From Escherichia coli (GTDB lineage Bacteria > Pseudomonadota > Gammaproteobacteria > Enterobacterales > Enterobacteriaceae), in assembly GCF_013122565.1 (NCBI RefSeq), contig NZ_CP053258.1: a stretch of 64,000 nucleotides of DNA. One strand, written 5' to 3'. This document shows positions 10,105 to 20,926 of the stretch, in pieces. The position numbers were made by a program, and so were the translations under genes. Every line of letters starts with the position of its first letter. The first letter of the stretch is position 1. Under the pieces are notes generated by a model. That model saw nothing but the letters and a program-made list of their open reading frames with translations. It was not told the origin of the DNA and did not search any database.

Positions 10105-11448
10105 TTATCCCGCGTAAGGACCAAGATGGAATGTTGCAGCGATAAATTTCAGAACTTCACAAATAGCCGGCCATACGGTTGCCCAGTCAAATATTCCTGT
10201 CCAGCCAACGCCATTTTCAGCAAGCCCGGTTAACGGAATTGCCCACACCGTACCGAAGGTCTGAATAATACCCAGCAAGAACGTACAGATAATTACGGAG
10301 CGGTATCCACCCATGCGGTTTGCTAATACGCCAATCGGGCCGCCTGAGAAAAATAACGGTACAAAGCCTGGCAATACCATAATGGGGCTGTGGATCAGCA
10401 ATAAGATACCCATCGAGAAAATGGTGCCAAAAGTACAGAAGACAAAACCTAACGTTGCGGCATTGGGTGAAAAAGGCAACAGCGCGGCGACATCGACGGC
10501 GGGAATAGCGTTAGGTATAAAGCGATCCTGCCAGCCTTTAAACGAACCGTTAATTTCACCGACCATCATGCGCACGCCCTGCAGCAGAATGACCATGTAC
10601 ATGGAGAACTGTAAGCCCAGGTTGATGATATAGATGTACCAGGGCTTGCCTTTCGCCATTAACTGGACATTATCGATACCCGTTGAGAGCAGGAAGCCAC
10701 CAACAAACAGCGTCATCACAATGGCGATAGCCGTTACGTTGTGGTTAAAAATCGCCAGCCAGCCGGGGAGTTTCAGGTTTTCAGCATCGTGTTTTTCCGG
10801 GTCGCCAAATTTATGCGCGAATTTGGAGAAAAACCACAATCCCAACATCTGGTTATGGGCAATGGTAAAACCGGCATCTTTAGTCACTTTGGCAATGGGT
10901 TTAACAATGAGCGTGGTGGAGAAAGCCCAGAATATCCCCGTTAATACCCCGGCGATAATAATCGATGTAGTCCAGCTAAATCCTAACCAAAAAACGATTA
11001 ACCATAATACTGCCTGAGAATGTGACACCCCGGTATTACCGGTCAGGAATATTCCTTTGGCACCGGTATAGCGACCAAACAGCACCAGTAAGAGGTTGGT
11101 AAAAAACGCCAGAACAAATACATACCCTACATAACCAAAATTATCCCCCAACGCAATTTGCGTTGCGGCTTTCATGGCGTAGGAATCCATTAAATAACCG
11201 TGAACGCCATAGGCTTTACTTACCGCTTCCGCCACCGGTTTAAAGGTTGCGGAAAACTGAAAACCACCAAATAACACCATCATTAATCCCACCATGGCGC
11301 TGACCATGCCGGTGATTATTTTGATGGGTGATTTCTTATCAAGGGCATAACCAATGCCCACCAGCAAACCAATTAATATTGCCGGTTCGGTTAAAAACGT
11401 TTGAATAACATCTATGAATTTGGCAAACATCGTCGGAACGCCCTCCAT
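10105..11448 (-). CDS. PTS system IIC permease (SgaT/UlaA family-like)
   Basis: 447-aa polytopic membrane ORF resembling UlaA-type IIC; exact start uncertain. Confidence 0.75.
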   Translation of the reverse strand: MEGVPTMFAKFIDVIQTFLTEPAILIGLLVGIGYALDKKSPIKIITGMVSAMVGLMMVLFGGFQFSATFKPVAEAVSKAYGVHGYLMDSYAMKAATQIALGDNFGYVGYVFVLAFFTNLLLVLFGRYTGAKGIFLTGNTGVSHSQAVLWLIVFWLGFSWTTSIIIAGVLTGIFWAFSTTLIVKPIAKVTKDAGFTIAHNQMLGLWFFSKFAHKFGDPEKHDAENLKLPGWLAIFNHNVTAIAIVMTLFVGGFLLSTGIDNVQLMAKGKPWYIYIINLGLQFSMYMVILLQGVRMMVGEINGSFKGWQDRFIPNAIPAVDVAALLPFSPNAATLGFVFCTFGTIFSMGILLLIHSPIMVLPGFVPLFFSGGPIGVLANRMGGYRSVIICTFLLGIIQTFGTVWAIPLTGLAENGVGWTGIFDWATVWPAICEVLKFIAATFHLGPYAG

Positions 11449-11634
11449 AAGCGTACATTTCCGTTGTCAATGCATGAACCTTCTGCTGACGTTAATAATG
11501 CTTCAGGAAATTTTTATGTTTCGTTAAGCGATGCCTCTGCATGTATTCGGTAAATGCACTGTAGTAATCAAAACAGTTCAATTAAAGATCTAATTTGATT
11601 ATTTGTGATTTGATTTGCAAAAATAGAGCAATAT

Positions 11635-11680
11635 ATAACCGTGATCGATCGGTTATTATTAATCGATCGATCACGGTTAT
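11635..11680. promoter_or_regulatory. perfect 17-bp inverted repeat (ataaccgtgatcgatcg / cgatcgatcacggttat) with 12-bp AT spacer
   Basis: Seen directly; lies between PTS operon start and rlmC 3' end; could be an operator or rlmC terminator hairpin. Confidence 0.5.
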
Positions 11681-11728
11681 TATTTGGAATGGATGTATGC
11701 CGAAGTGATATTGATTTGAGTGATGTAT

Positions 11729-12856
11729 TTACATTTTTACCAGCAGCGTCAGCACTTCATAGTGCGCTGTGTGCGGGAACATATCAAAAAGCTGTACCCG
11801 TTCGATGCGGTAACCTAGCAGTTCGCGGATATCTTTCGCCATGGTTTGGGCGTTACAGCTGGAGTAGATAATAAAACGCGGTGCCATCGTTGAGAGATAA
11901 TCACACAGCGGTTTACCAATGCCGCGGCGCGGCGGGTTAACCAGCACCAGCTCCGGCACCTCCCCCTGAGCGGTGGCAAACTGAGTGGAGTCCAGCGCCT
12001 GAAATTGCAAACGCGTTAAGCCCAGTTCAGCGGCTGACTGCTTTGCACAGGCAATGGCCTCTGGCGCAATTTCGATCCCGGTTAACTGCATGTCAGGCGT
12101 CGCGCAGTGTAAACCAAAGCCACCCACACCGCAGAACAGATCCCACATATGTTTAACCGGCAGCTGTCGTACCCAGTCGCGCGCGGTGGCGTACAGCTGG
12201 CTGGCGACCGCCGGATTCGTCTGGAAGAAACTTTGCGGACGGATCCACAGCGGTACGTCATTAAAACGCTCTGCCAGCGCCTGATGTTCGGTCAGGTAGA
12301 TCTCCGTCTCCCCTTCCATAATCGCCATATGTACCGGCTGAATATTGACGGTAATAACTTTCAGCTGCGGTAGTTGCTCGTGTAACCACGGCAGCGCCTT
12401 ACGCAGTTGCGCCAGCTTGGTATCAGAACGCAGTACAAAGCGCAGCATCATGCCGCCATCGCTCTGGCTTTCGGTCAGCAGAATGTATTTCAGTTCGCCA
12501 CGCTTACGCGCCACGTTGTAGGGCGTTAACCCCGCTCGGGCGATAAACGGTTTTAGCGCCGCAAAAACGGGCGCAAATGAGGCAGGATAAAGCGGGCAGT
12601 CACAAAGGTCTTCCGGTGTGCCGTCGCGATGCAGCATACCGAGCAGTGGTTTTTCAACGCTACCACTCACCACCATTTTGGCTTTATTACGAAACCCTTG
12701 TTCCGGGCCTGACACCGGCGCGCACCATTCCTCAACCGGAAAGTCGGCGAGCAGATTTTTAAGATCGGCGGTTTTAGCGGAGAGTTGCTCTGGAATCGGC
12801 TGCGTTATCCACTGACAGGAACGACAGCGACCCGCGTCGTAAAGTGCGCACTGCAT
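11729..12856 (-). CDS. rlmC: 23S rRNA (uracil747-C5)-methyltransferase RlmC
   Basis: 375-aa [19 protein letters not shown]... Fe-S Cys cluster plus SAM MTase motifs; matches RlmC. Confidence 0.9.
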   Translation of the reverse strand: MQCALYDAGRCRSCQWITQPIPEQLSAKTADLKNLLADFPVEEWCAPVSGPEQGFRNKAKMVVSGSVEKPLLGMLHRDGTPEDLCDCPLYPASFAPVFAALKPFIARAGLTPYNVARKRGELKYILLTESQSDGGMMLRFVLRSDTKLAQLRKALPWLHEQLPQLKVITVNIQPVHMAIMEGETEIYLTEHQALAERFNDVPLWIRPQSFFQTNPAVASQLYATARDWVRQLPVKHMWDLFCGVGGFGLHCATPDMQLTGIEIAPEAIACAKQSAAELGLTRLQFQALDSTQFATAQGEVPELVLVNPPRRGIGKPLCDYLSTMAPRFIIYSSCNAQTMAKDIRELLGYRIERVQLFDMFPHTAHYEVLTLLVKM

Positions 12857-12896
12857 ACATTGACCTTCACATCATCAGGGGCGACGATTATACACA

Positions 12897-13385
12897 TTAT
12901 TGCAACTGGAAGAACCGCCGACTGGTCGAGGGAACGAACAGCAGCATCAAGATGAGCATATCCGGCAACTTCTGCAGCATCAGACTATGGAAGATTTCAC
13001 GTTTTGATTCACCGGGAATGCTGAACAGCTCCGGATAACCATACCCCAGCGAAGCCGCCCACAAATAACTTGCGGCCGTGATTTGTGTCAGCAGATATAG
13101 CCAGCGCGCCCAGCGACGCCCTTTCACCAGTGAAAACGCACACCAGATCTCAATGAAAACCAGCACCAGACTGCTTAAAAAGACCAGCGTTAAGCTCCAG
13201 GTTTGTACGCTGCGATGAATGAACTCACCAATACCGCGCACGCCCAGCGTATTGAAAATCATCAGCACGTCGAGGCCACGGATCATAATAATGGCGAGCG
13301 CCGCTACCTGCACCAGCGCAGGCACATTCAGGCGAGCATGAGATGAAGATGTTTTCTTAAAAAATCCCAACGTTTCGTCTTCCAT
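12897..13385 (-). CDS. ybjO: inner membrane protein YbjO
   Basis: 162-aa membrane ORF, synteny. Confidence 0.85.
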   Translation of the reverse strand: MEDETLGFFKKTSSSHARLNVPALVQVAALAIIMIRGLDVLMIFNTLGVRGIGEFIHRSVQTWSLTLVFLSSLVLVFIEIWCAFSLVKGRRWARWLYLLTQITAASYLWAASLGYGYPELFSIPGESKREIFHSLMLQKLPDMLILMLLFVPSTSRRFFQLQ

Positions 13386-13444
13386 GAAAACAATGCCGCG
13401 ACATGCGCGGCATTATGTAGCCAGGTTGGCAAATTTTAGTGTCT

Positions 13445-14290
13445 TCAGCCACGTCTTGCACGCTGGATATCGCGTATCCGCTGTTTTTCTGCGCGAGCCA
13501 TCAGATACCAGGCGATAAATCCGACAATTCCGACCGCGCCGAGGATTAATGTTGCCAGGGCGTTGATTTCCGGATTCACCCCCATCCGCACGCTGGAAAA
13601 AACCAGCATCGGTAACGTGGTGGCTCCCGGCCCGGAAACAAAGCTGGCGATCACCAGATCATCAAGCGACAAAGTAAAAGCCAGTAACCAGCCAGAAATG
13701 ATCGCGGGCATGATCATCGGTAGCGTAATGACGAAAAACACTTTCAGCGGCGTCGCACCGAGATCCATCGCTGCTTCTTCTATCGAGCGATCCAGTTCCC
13801 GCAGACGCGACGAAATAACGACTGCCACATAAGCCGTACAGAAAGTGACATGCGCCAGCCAGATGGTGAGCATACCGCGGTCCGCAGGCCAGCCAATGGC
13901 ATGAGCAAGCGCGACGAATAATAACAACAGCGACAAGCCCGTGATGACATCTGGCATTACCAGCGGCGCGGTGATCATAAAGGCAAAGCCATTTGATCCG
14001 CGAAACCTGCCAAAGCGCACCAGCACCACCGCCGCAATAGTCCCGAGGATCGCCGCCGCCGTTGCCGCACAGGCAGCAATTGTCAGGCTTAAACCAACCG
14101 CACTCATCATCGCGTCATCGCGCAATAACTCACCATACCAGCGCGTTGACCAGCCGGCCCACACCGTCACCAGCTTCGAGCTGTTAAACGAATAGATAAC
14201 CAGCATCAGCATTGGCGCGTAGAGAAAGGTGAAGCCCAGCAGCAAAATCACAATCCGCCAGGGCGAACGAACAACCGGTAAATTATTCAT
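13445..14290 (-). CDS. potI: putrescine ABC transporter permease PotI
   Basis: MNNLPVVRSPWRIVILLLGF...; start at Met15 of ORF, overlapping potH stop. Confidence 0.9.
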   Translation of the reverse strand: MNNLPVVRSPWRIVILLLGFTFLYAPMLMLVIYSFNSSKLVTVWAGWSTRWYGELLRDDAMMSAVGLSLTIAACAATAAAILGTIAAVVLVRFGRFRGSNGFAFMITAPLVMPDVITGLSLLLLFVALAHAIGWPADRGMLTIWLAHVTFCTAYVAVVISSRLRELDRSIEEAAMDLGATPLKVFFVITLPMIMPAIISGWLLAFTLSLDDLVIASFVSGPGATTLPMLVFSSVRMGVNPEINALATLILGAVGIVGFIAWYLMARAEKQRIRDIQRARRG

Positions 14291-15240
14291 CCGTGTTCTC
14301 CCACGCTTTTTTGCTGGTGTTTGTGAAACCACATTATCGGCACAATTAGCAGCAGCAACATGATGATCGCTACCGCCGAGGCCACCGGCCAGTCGCGGTT
14401 ATTGAAAAACTCTTGCCATAGCACGCGCCCGATCATGATGCTGTCCGGGCCACCGAGCAGTTCCGGGATCACAAACTCGCCCACAGCCGGGATAAACACC
14501 AGCATCGATCCGGCAATAATCCCGCCTTTGGTCAGCGGCACGATCACAGTAAAGAACGTTTTCAGCGGTCGAGCGCCGAGATCCAGTGCTGCTTCCACCA
14601 GCGAATAATCAATACGAATCAACGCGGTATAAATCGGCAGTACCATAAACGGCACGTAAGCGTAAACAATGCCGATATAAACGGCCAGATTGGTATGCAG
14701 AATGGTCAGCGGTTGATCGATAACCCCCAGCCACAGCAGAAAATTATTCAGCACACCGTTGTTTTTTAATATTCCCATCCAGGCGTAGACACGAATCAGA
14801 AACGAGGTCCACGACGGCAGGATCACCAGTAGTAATAAGATATTACGGGTCGAAGGCTTACTGTGCGCCACCGCCCACGCCAGCGGATAGCCGATCAGTA
14901 AACAGCAAATAGTCGAAATCGCCGCCACCTGTAACGACTGGAGATAAGCATCAAAATAGAGCGGATCGTCGGTCAGTTGCAGAAAATTACCGAGATTAAG
15001 AGTGATGGAAAGTTGCCCGTCAGCCCACTCCATCAGTTCGGTATAAGGTGGAATAGCGCGCGCCATCTCTGCCAGGCTTATTTTAAAGACAATCAGAAAT
15101 GGCAGCAGAAACAGCAAGATCAACCAGATATACGGCAACGCAATGACCAGTTTGCGCCCATGCTTCATTTGCAGCTGCGACAACCACAGCTTAAATCCGC
15201 CCGGCGGTTTCGACTGGGCAGCAGGTTCAAGTGTACTCAT
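14287..15240 (-). CDS. potH: putrescine ABC transporter permease PotH
   Basis: 317-aa membrane ORF; pot operon order. Confidence 0.9.
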   Translation of the reverse strand: MSTLEPAAQSKPPGGFKLWLSQLQMKHGRKLVIALPYIWLILLFLLPFLIVFKISLAEMARAIPPYTELMEWADGQLSITLNLGNFLQLTDDPLYFDAYLQSLQVAAISTICCLLIGYPLAWAVAHSKPSTRNILLLLVILPSWTSFLIRVYAWMGILKNNGVLNNFLLWLGVIDQPLTILHTNLAVYIGIVYAYVPFMVLPIYTALIRIDYSLVEAALDLGARPLKTFFTVIVPLTKGGIIAGSMLVFIPAVGEFVIPELLGGPDSIMIGRVLWQEFFNNRDWPVASAVAIIMLLLLIVPIMWFHKHQQKSVGEHG

Positions 15241-15249
15241 CTTTGCTCC

Positions 15250-16383
15250 TTAAACCGTCAGCACCACACAGCTGTCCACTTCCCAGCACAAACGCACTTC
15301 GTCGCCCCAGGTGGGTAACCCTTTACGATGACGATGGGCGTTTTGTAGCTGGGCGCTAATCATCTGCCCACTTTTCAGACGAACGTGATACACCGAAAGA
15401 TCGCCGAGATAGGCAATGTGTATCACCTCCCCCACCGCGAAGTTACAACCATTGGCGGGCGGCTCTTCGCAAAGCATGATTTTTTCCGGACGCAGCGCTA
15501 CGTGTACCGGCACGTTATCGACCACTGAAGCATCCGCATCGACTTTCAATGGATGCACCAGTCCCGGCGAATAAAGCACCAGACCATCATCCTGACGCTC
15601 TTTGAGTACACCTTCAAAGACATTAACCGAACCGATAAATTCAGCGCTGTAGCGGGTGGTCGGATGCTCGTAGATCTCTTCCGGTTCGCCAATCTGGACA
15701 AATTTCCCACGATTCATAATGGCGATACGCCCCGCCATGGTCATCGCCTCTTCCTGATCGTGAGTAACCATCACGCAGGTCACACCGACGCGCTCCAGAA
15801 TATCCACCACTTCAAGCTGCATCCGGTCACGCAGCTTTTTATCCAGCGCGCCCATCGGCTCATCGAGCAGTAATAGTTTCGGGCGCTTGGCAAGGCTTCT
15901 GGCCAGGGCCACACGCTGTCGCTGACCACCGGAAAGCTGATGCGGTTTGCGTTTGGCGAACTCCTGCATATGCACCAGCCCGAGCATCTCATTGACCCGG
16001 CTGGCAATTTCCGCTTTCGGTAGTTTGTCCTGTTTCAGGCCAAAAGCGATGTTCTGTTCCACGGTCATATGCGGAAACAGCGCGTAAGACTGAAACATCA
16101 TATTGATGGGGCGCAGGTAAGGCGGCACCTGTGACAAATCGACGCCATCGAGCATTATCTGCCCGGCAGAAGGTTGTTCAAAACCTGCCAGCATACGCAG
16201 CAGCGTGGACTTGCCACAGCCGGATGCGCCCAGCAGCGCGAATATTTCGCCTTTATAGATGGTCAGGCTGACATCATCCACCGCATGTTGACCATCGTAG
16301 GATTTAGTCAGATTACGGATTTCTAAAAGCGGCGTCAGCGCCTTACGGGTTTTCGCCTGCGGGCGAGGGATAGCGTCATTCAC
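15250..16383 (-). CDS. potG: putrescine ABC transporter ATP-binding protein PotG
   Basis: ABC ATPase motifs (GASGCGKST, LSGGQRQR); probable GTG start giving 377 aa (..NDAIPRPQ..). Confidence 0.88.
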   Translation of the reverse strand: MNDAIPRPQAKTRKALTPLLEIRNLTKSYDGQHAVDDVSLTIYKGEIFALLGASGCGKSTLLRMLAGFEQPSAGQIMLDGVDLSQVPPYLRPINMMFQSYALFPHMTVEQNIAFGLKQDKLPKAEIASRVNEMLGLVHMQEFAKRKPHQLSGGQRQRVALARSLAKRPKLLLLDEPMGALDKKLRDRMQLEVVDILERVGVTCVMVTHDQEEAMTMAGRIAIMNRGKFVQIGEPEEIYEHPTTRYSAEFIGSVNVFEGVLKERQDDGLVLYSPGLVHPLKVDADASVVDNVPVHVALRPEKIMLCEEPPANGCNFAVGEVIHIAYLGDLSVYHVRLKSGQMISAQLQNAHRHRKGLPTWGDEVRLCWEVDSCVVLTV

Positions 16384-16477
16384 GGCTGCTCTCCGGCATT
16401 GAATGTGTGCAAGCGCACCATGATGGTGCGAATTGCCGGCGGGTGTGGTGCACCCGTCCAGCATCTACGACTGCGGA

Positions 16478-17590
16478 TTATTTTCCGCTCTTCACTTTGG
16501 TCCACGCGCGGGTGCGCACACGGTCGATTTTCGGGTCCTGCACTTTCAGAGTGAACATCTTCGCACGGACATCCGCAGGCGGATAAATACCCGGGTTCTC
16601 ACGGACTTCCGCACTCACCAGCGGCGTGGCTGCTTTATTGGCGTTAGCATAGAACACATGGTCAGAGATATGTGCCACCACATCCGGACGCAGCAGGTAA
16701 TTCAGGAACTGATAGGCTTCGTCTTTATTTTTGGCATCGGCAGGCATGGCGAATACATCAAAGAACGCCATCGCCCCTTCTTTTGGAATCGAGAACGAGA
16801 CATTCACGCCATTCTTCGCTTCCTTCGCGCGGTTTGACGCCTGCCAGACATCACCTGCCCAACCGATAGCGACGCAAATATCGCCGTTTGCCAGGTCGTT
16901 AATGTATTGAGATGAATGGAAATAACGAATGTTCGGGCGCAGCTTTAACAGCAGATCGGTTGCCGGTCCGGTGTAATCATCTGCTTTAGTGCTGTTGGGA
17001 TCTTTGCCGAGATAATTCAGCACGGTAGCAAAAACTTCTTCAGGCGCATCGAGGAAAGAGACGCCACAGCTTTTCAGTTTTTCCAGATTTTCAGGCTTGA
17101 GGATCAAGTCCCAGCTATCGACGGGCGCGTTTTCGCCCAGCACCGCTTTAACTTTATCGACGTTATAGCCAATCCCGGTCGTCGCCCACATATAGGGCAT
17201 AGCAAATTTATTGTCGGGATCGTGTTTGGCGACCAACTTCAGAAGCTCCGGATCGAGATTCTTCCACTCCGGCAATTTGCTTTTGTCCAGCGGCTGGAAA
17301 ACTCCCGCTGTCAGCTGGCGTTCAAGAAAGCTTGCTGACGGCACTACCAGGTCAAAGCCGGTGCTACCCGCCATTAATTTGCCTTCCAGTACTTCGTTAG
17401 AGTCGAAAACATCGTAGACGACTTTAATACCGGTTTCTTTTTCAAAATTGGCCACCGTGTCCGGGGCGATATAATCAGACCAGTTATAAATGTGGAGTGT
17501 TTTTTGTTCAGCCGCGAGCGTGCTGACAGAGACGGCCATCAGAGCACCCGCAACCAGACCCGATAGCCATTTTTTATTTAAGGCGGTCAT
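16478..17590 (-). CDS. potF: putrescine-binding periplasmic protein PotF
   Basis: MTALNKKWLSGLVAGALMAVSVSTLAAEQ...; start at Met51 of ORF. Confidence 0.9.
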   Translation of the reverse strand: MTALNKKWLSGLVAGALMAVSVSTLAAEQKTLHIYNWSDYIAPDTVANFEKETGIKVVYDVFDSNEVLEGKLMAGSTGFDLVVPSASFLERQLTAGVFQPLDKSKLPEWKNLDPELLKLVAKHDPDNKFAMPYMWATTGIGYNVDKVKAVLGENAPVDSWDLILKPENLEKLKSCGVSFLDAPEEVFATVLNYLGKDPNSTKADDYTGPATDLLLKLRPNIRYFHSSQYINDLANGDICVAIGWAGDVWQASNRAKEAKNGVNVSFSIPKEGAMAFFDVFAMPADAKNKDEAYQFLNYLLRPDVVAHISDHVFYANANKAATPLVSAEVRENPGIYPPADVRAKMFTLKVQDPKIDRVRTRAWTKVKSGK

Positions 17591-17940
17591 ATCTCTTTCC
17601 TTCTGAAAGTTCGTTAACAAACGAACAAAAGTTGTCACACTGAAAGATATGCAATAAACGTGCATATTTTTTATCGGCGCGGTGTAAGAAAAGAGAACTC
17701 TCTCCCGGCCAGCACTGCTCGCTATATAAAAGCATCGCAAGAATAACTTTAGCCAGGGTTTGAGACTATAGCTCGGATTAAAAAACGGTATTTAACAAAT
17801 TTTTATGCGTATTTGCTCTATGTGATAAAGCCAAATCGACACAAGAGAAGTGAAATAATCTTTAAGAAAAGGTTAAAAACAGCAGATAATTTTGCAGCGC
17901 GCAGTCACTGCGGCAGCGACTGCGTGCTCGAAAGGAGTTA

Positions 17941-18417
17941 TCAGTGGAGAAAATAGTTTTCGGTAACGTTGTTTTGCCCTTCATCGTCAGTCGGTAACAG
18001 CAGTTGATGGGCATTAGCTTCAAGAATAACCATCGAAATCTGCTCTTCGCTCTGACGCACGAACCATGCAAACTGCTCATAGGTTACGCCCTGCATAACG
18101 GATAAAGACTGGCAAACCACCAGCTTTGGCAGATTATCATCCTGCATATCAAGAAATGCTTTCACAGTCAGCGAACTGGCATTGATGGCAGATAAATCCG
18201 CCGCCAGCGGCAATACGGCTGAAGGTCGGACTTCAGCCATGGCAGAAAACAGGATCGTGTTATCGATCAGATCGATTTTGGCATCAAAGACACCGTCGAA
18301 ATTCTGCATATGGGGCAGATGCAGAGCCTGACAGTTATCACATTCAAAAAAACTCATCCCCAGGTCATCGAGCCATTGACGCAACGTATCCAGACCAGGA
18401 ACGACCAGCGATGTCAT
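17941..18417 (-). CDS. ybjN: YbjN (putative sensory transduction regulator family)
   Basis: MTSLVVPGLDTLRQWLDD... matches YbjN; start at internal Met. Confidence 0.88.
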   Translation of the reverse strand: MTSLVVPGLDTLRQWLDDLGMSFFECDNCQALHLPHMQNFDGVFDAKIDLIDNTILFSAMAEVRPSAVLPLAADLSAINASSLTVKAFLDMQDDNLPKLVVCQSLSVMQGVTYEQFAWFVRQSEEQISMVILEANAHQLLLPTDDEGQNNVTENYFLH

Positions 18418-18504
18418 AATTTTGTACAACCTCTTCCGATAAAAAGACCGGCACAGCTTACGCAAAAAGCGCAGGCAAAACCATGATCAGTAATGTGATT
18501 GCGA

Positions 18505-19407
18505 CTAACCACCCGTTTTCAGGCAATATTCTGTCGTAGCGTGGCGTTCGATCCAGCGGATCATTTTACCCGCGATGTCGATACCGGTGGTTTTTTCTAT
18601 TCCTTCCAGCCCCGGCGACGCATTCACCTCCATCACCAACGGCCCGCGATTAGCACGCAGAATATCCACACCAGCAACGTCCAGCGCCATCGTTCGCGCG
18701 GCTTTTATCGCGATTTCACGCTCCTGTGGTGTGATACTGGCGACGCTTGCCGCGCCGCCACGATGCAAATTGGAACGAAAATCGCCCTCTTTCGCCCGTC
18801 GTTCAATCGCAGCGACCACTTCATCGCCAACAACCAGACAGCGGATATCGCACCCTTGCGCCTCTTTGATATATTCCTGCACCAGAATATGCGCGTTCAG
18901 ACCGCGAAAAGCGTCAATCACGCTTTCGGCCGCCTGACGCGTCTCCGCCAGCACGACGCCAATTCCCTGCGTGCCTTCAACCAACTTGACCACCAGCGGC
19001 GCACCACCGACCATGTCGATTAAATCGCTGGTATCATCCGGCGAATGCGCAATGCCCGTGACAGGCAGGTCGATGCCCTGACGCGCCAGCAGTTGCATGG
19101 AACGCAATTTGTCACGCGCCCGGGCAATGGCGACCGACTCATTGAGCGGATAGCTCCCCAGCATCTCGAACTGGCGCAGTGCCGCCGTCCCATAAAAGGT
19201 AATGGCGGTGCCAATACGCGGGATCACTGCGTCAAAATGGGGTAACTTGCGGCCTTTGTAGTGAATAGAAGACGCCGCAGGATTTATGTTCATGTAGCAA
19301 GAAAGCGGATCAAGAATTTCAACCAGGTGACCGCGCTGTATAGCGGCTTCACGCAGCCGCTTACACGAATAGAGCGTTCCATCCCGGGACAATATGGCAA
19401 TTTTCAC
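18505..19407 (-). CDS. rimK: ribosomal protein S6 glutamate ligase RimK
   Basis: 300-aa ATP-grasp [21 protein letters not shown]... Confidence 0.92.
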   Translation of the reverse strand: MKIAILSRDGTLYSCKRLREAAIQRGHLVEILDPLSCYMNINPAASSIHYKGRKLPHFDAVIPRIGTAITFYGTAALRQFEMLGSYPLNESVAIARARDKLRSMQLLARQGIDLPVTGIAHSPDDTSDLIDMVGGAPLVVKLVEGTQGIGVVLAETRQAAESVIDAFRGLNAHILVQEYIKEAQGCDIRCLVVGDEVVAAIERRAKEGDFRSNLHRGGAASVASITPQEREIAIKAARTMALDVAGVDILRANRGPLVMEVNASPGLEGIEKTTGIDIAGKMIRWIERHATTEYCLKTGG

Positions 19408-19467
19408 CCTGCACCTCTCTGTCAGACCTGGTCAAAAGCCCGCGTATCATACATCGACGTGGCGGTT

Positions 19468-20190
19468 TTAGCGCGTCGCCCAACCCTGTTTGTGCAAATA
19501 ATCCAGAATAAATGGGCGGCTTTCTTTAATGATTGTTCGGCGGATATGATCGCTCCAGGTATCCCGGCGATTATTGCTGCCACGTGTGAGGTAATATTCC
19601 GCCAGTTGCTCGTCATACTGCGCCAGTTCGTCTTTATCCAGCGGTTGATAGCTGTTTTCATGCACCAAAATGGAGGCCGGTAAACGCGGCTTAAGATCTG
19701 GATTATCCGCAGGCCAGCCAAGGCACAGCCCAAACAGCGGCAGAACATGCTGCGGTAATTTCAGCAGTTCCGTCACCGCTTCAATATTATTGCGCAGGCC
19801 GCCGATATATACCCCGCCCAATCCCAGCGATTCCGCTGCGGTTAATGCATTCTGCGCCATCATTGCCGTATCAACGACACCGAGCAACAGTTGTTCCGCC
19901 AGGCCGAGCTGAGCATCCGGACAGATCTGTAAATGGCGGTTAAAGTCGGCACAGAACACCCAAAACTCCGCCGCTTGCGCTACGTGTTTTTGCCCGCCGG
20001 TCAGCGTCACCAGTTCTTCACGTAACGCTTTGTCGGTAATGCGAATAATGCTACTGCACTGCAAAAAACTGGAACTGGACGTCGCACGGGCGCTGTTAAT
20101 AATCGCCTCACGCTGCGCTTCGGAAATGGGTTCATCAGTGAAATGGCGAATGGAGCGATGGCCACAAATAAGTTCAATGGTTGGCGTCAT
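19468..20190 (-). CDS. nfsA: oxygen-insensitive NADPH nitroreductase NfsA
   Basis: 240-aa ORF MTPTIELICGHRSIRHFTDEPISEAQ... Confidence 0.92.
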   Translation of the reverse strand: MTPTIELICGHRSIRHFTDEPISEAQREAIINSARATSSSSFLQCSSIIRITDKALREELVTLTGGQKHVAQAAEFWVFCADFNRHLQICPDAQLGLAEQLLLGVVDTAMMAQNALTAAESLGLGGVYIGGLRNNIEAVTELLKLPQHVLPLFGLCLGWPADNPDLKPRLPASILVHENSYQPLDKDELAQYDEQLAEYYLTRGSNNRRDTWSDHIRRTIIKESRPFILDYLHKQGWATR

Positions 20191-20461
20191 TATCTTTTTC
20201 TCTTTCTGAACGTGAATATTGCGTTGGGCGGTTCATCAGCTGTGGGGCAAGACGTTTTGCCACCTGAAGAATAACCACCACCGCAGCGGGAAGCATGAGC
20301 AAAACACCGAGAAAAATCATCAGAATCTGCACTTCTGGCCGAGAAAATGGCTCAGGCAGCGACAGGGAGTCGCTTACCGACAGCAGCGCCACCGCCAGCA
20401 ACATCATTCCGATCAATTCCAGTATCAACACGCTTTTAGGCAATTTACCGATCGCGCGCAT
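20174..20461 (-). CDS. ybjC: small membrane protein YbjC
   Basis: 95-aa ORF upstream of and overlapping nfsA; synteny. Confidence 0.85.
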   Translation of the reverse strand: MRAIGKLPKSVLILELIGMMLLAVALLSVSDSLSLPEPFSRPEVQILMIFLGVLLMLPAAVVVILQVAKRLAPQLMNRPTQYSRSEREKDNDANH

Positions 20462-20620
20462 ACGCTTCCCTCTGCAAAGTGAGCCTTCAGTCTAAAACTT
20501 TTCACTGTATTGTGTTTAACAGTTATAGCTTTTAGCAATTAATGCAACAGGTTAAACCTACTTTCAGCGAATACATTTTAGCGTGATCATTACAGGCATA
20601 AATCTATGAGGAGAGAAATA

Positions 20621-20878
20621 ATGCAAACCGTTATTTTTGGTCGTTCGGGTTGCCCTTACTGTGTGCGTGCAAAAGATCTGGCTGAGAAATTGAGCAATGA
20701 ACGCGATGATTTTCAGTATCAGTATGTAGATATTCGTGCGGAAGGGATCACTAAAGAAGATCTACAACAAAAGGCAGGTAAACCCGTAGAAACCGTGCCG
20801 CAGATTTTTGTCGATCAGCAACATATCGGCGGCTATACCGATTTTGCTGCATGGGTGAAAGAAAATCTGGACGCCTGA
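20621..20878 (+). CDS. grxA: glutaredoxin 1
   Basis: MQTVIFGRSGCPYCVRAKDLA... CPYC active site; 85 aa. Confidence 0.92.
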   Translation: MQTVIFGRSGCPYCVRAKDLAEKLSNERDDFQYQYVDIRAEGITKEDLQQKAGKPVETVPQIFVDQQHIGGYTDFAAWVKENLDA

Positions 20879-20883
20879 TCGTC

Positions 20884-20926
20884 TGACAAGCCCTCGCGTT
20901 GAGGGCTTTACTGATTTTTTCTGTGC
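20884..20926. terminator. bidirectional rho-independent terminator between grxA and ybjM
   Basis: hairpin aagccctcgcgttgagggctt followed by T-run; convergent genes on both sides. Confidence 0.65.
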
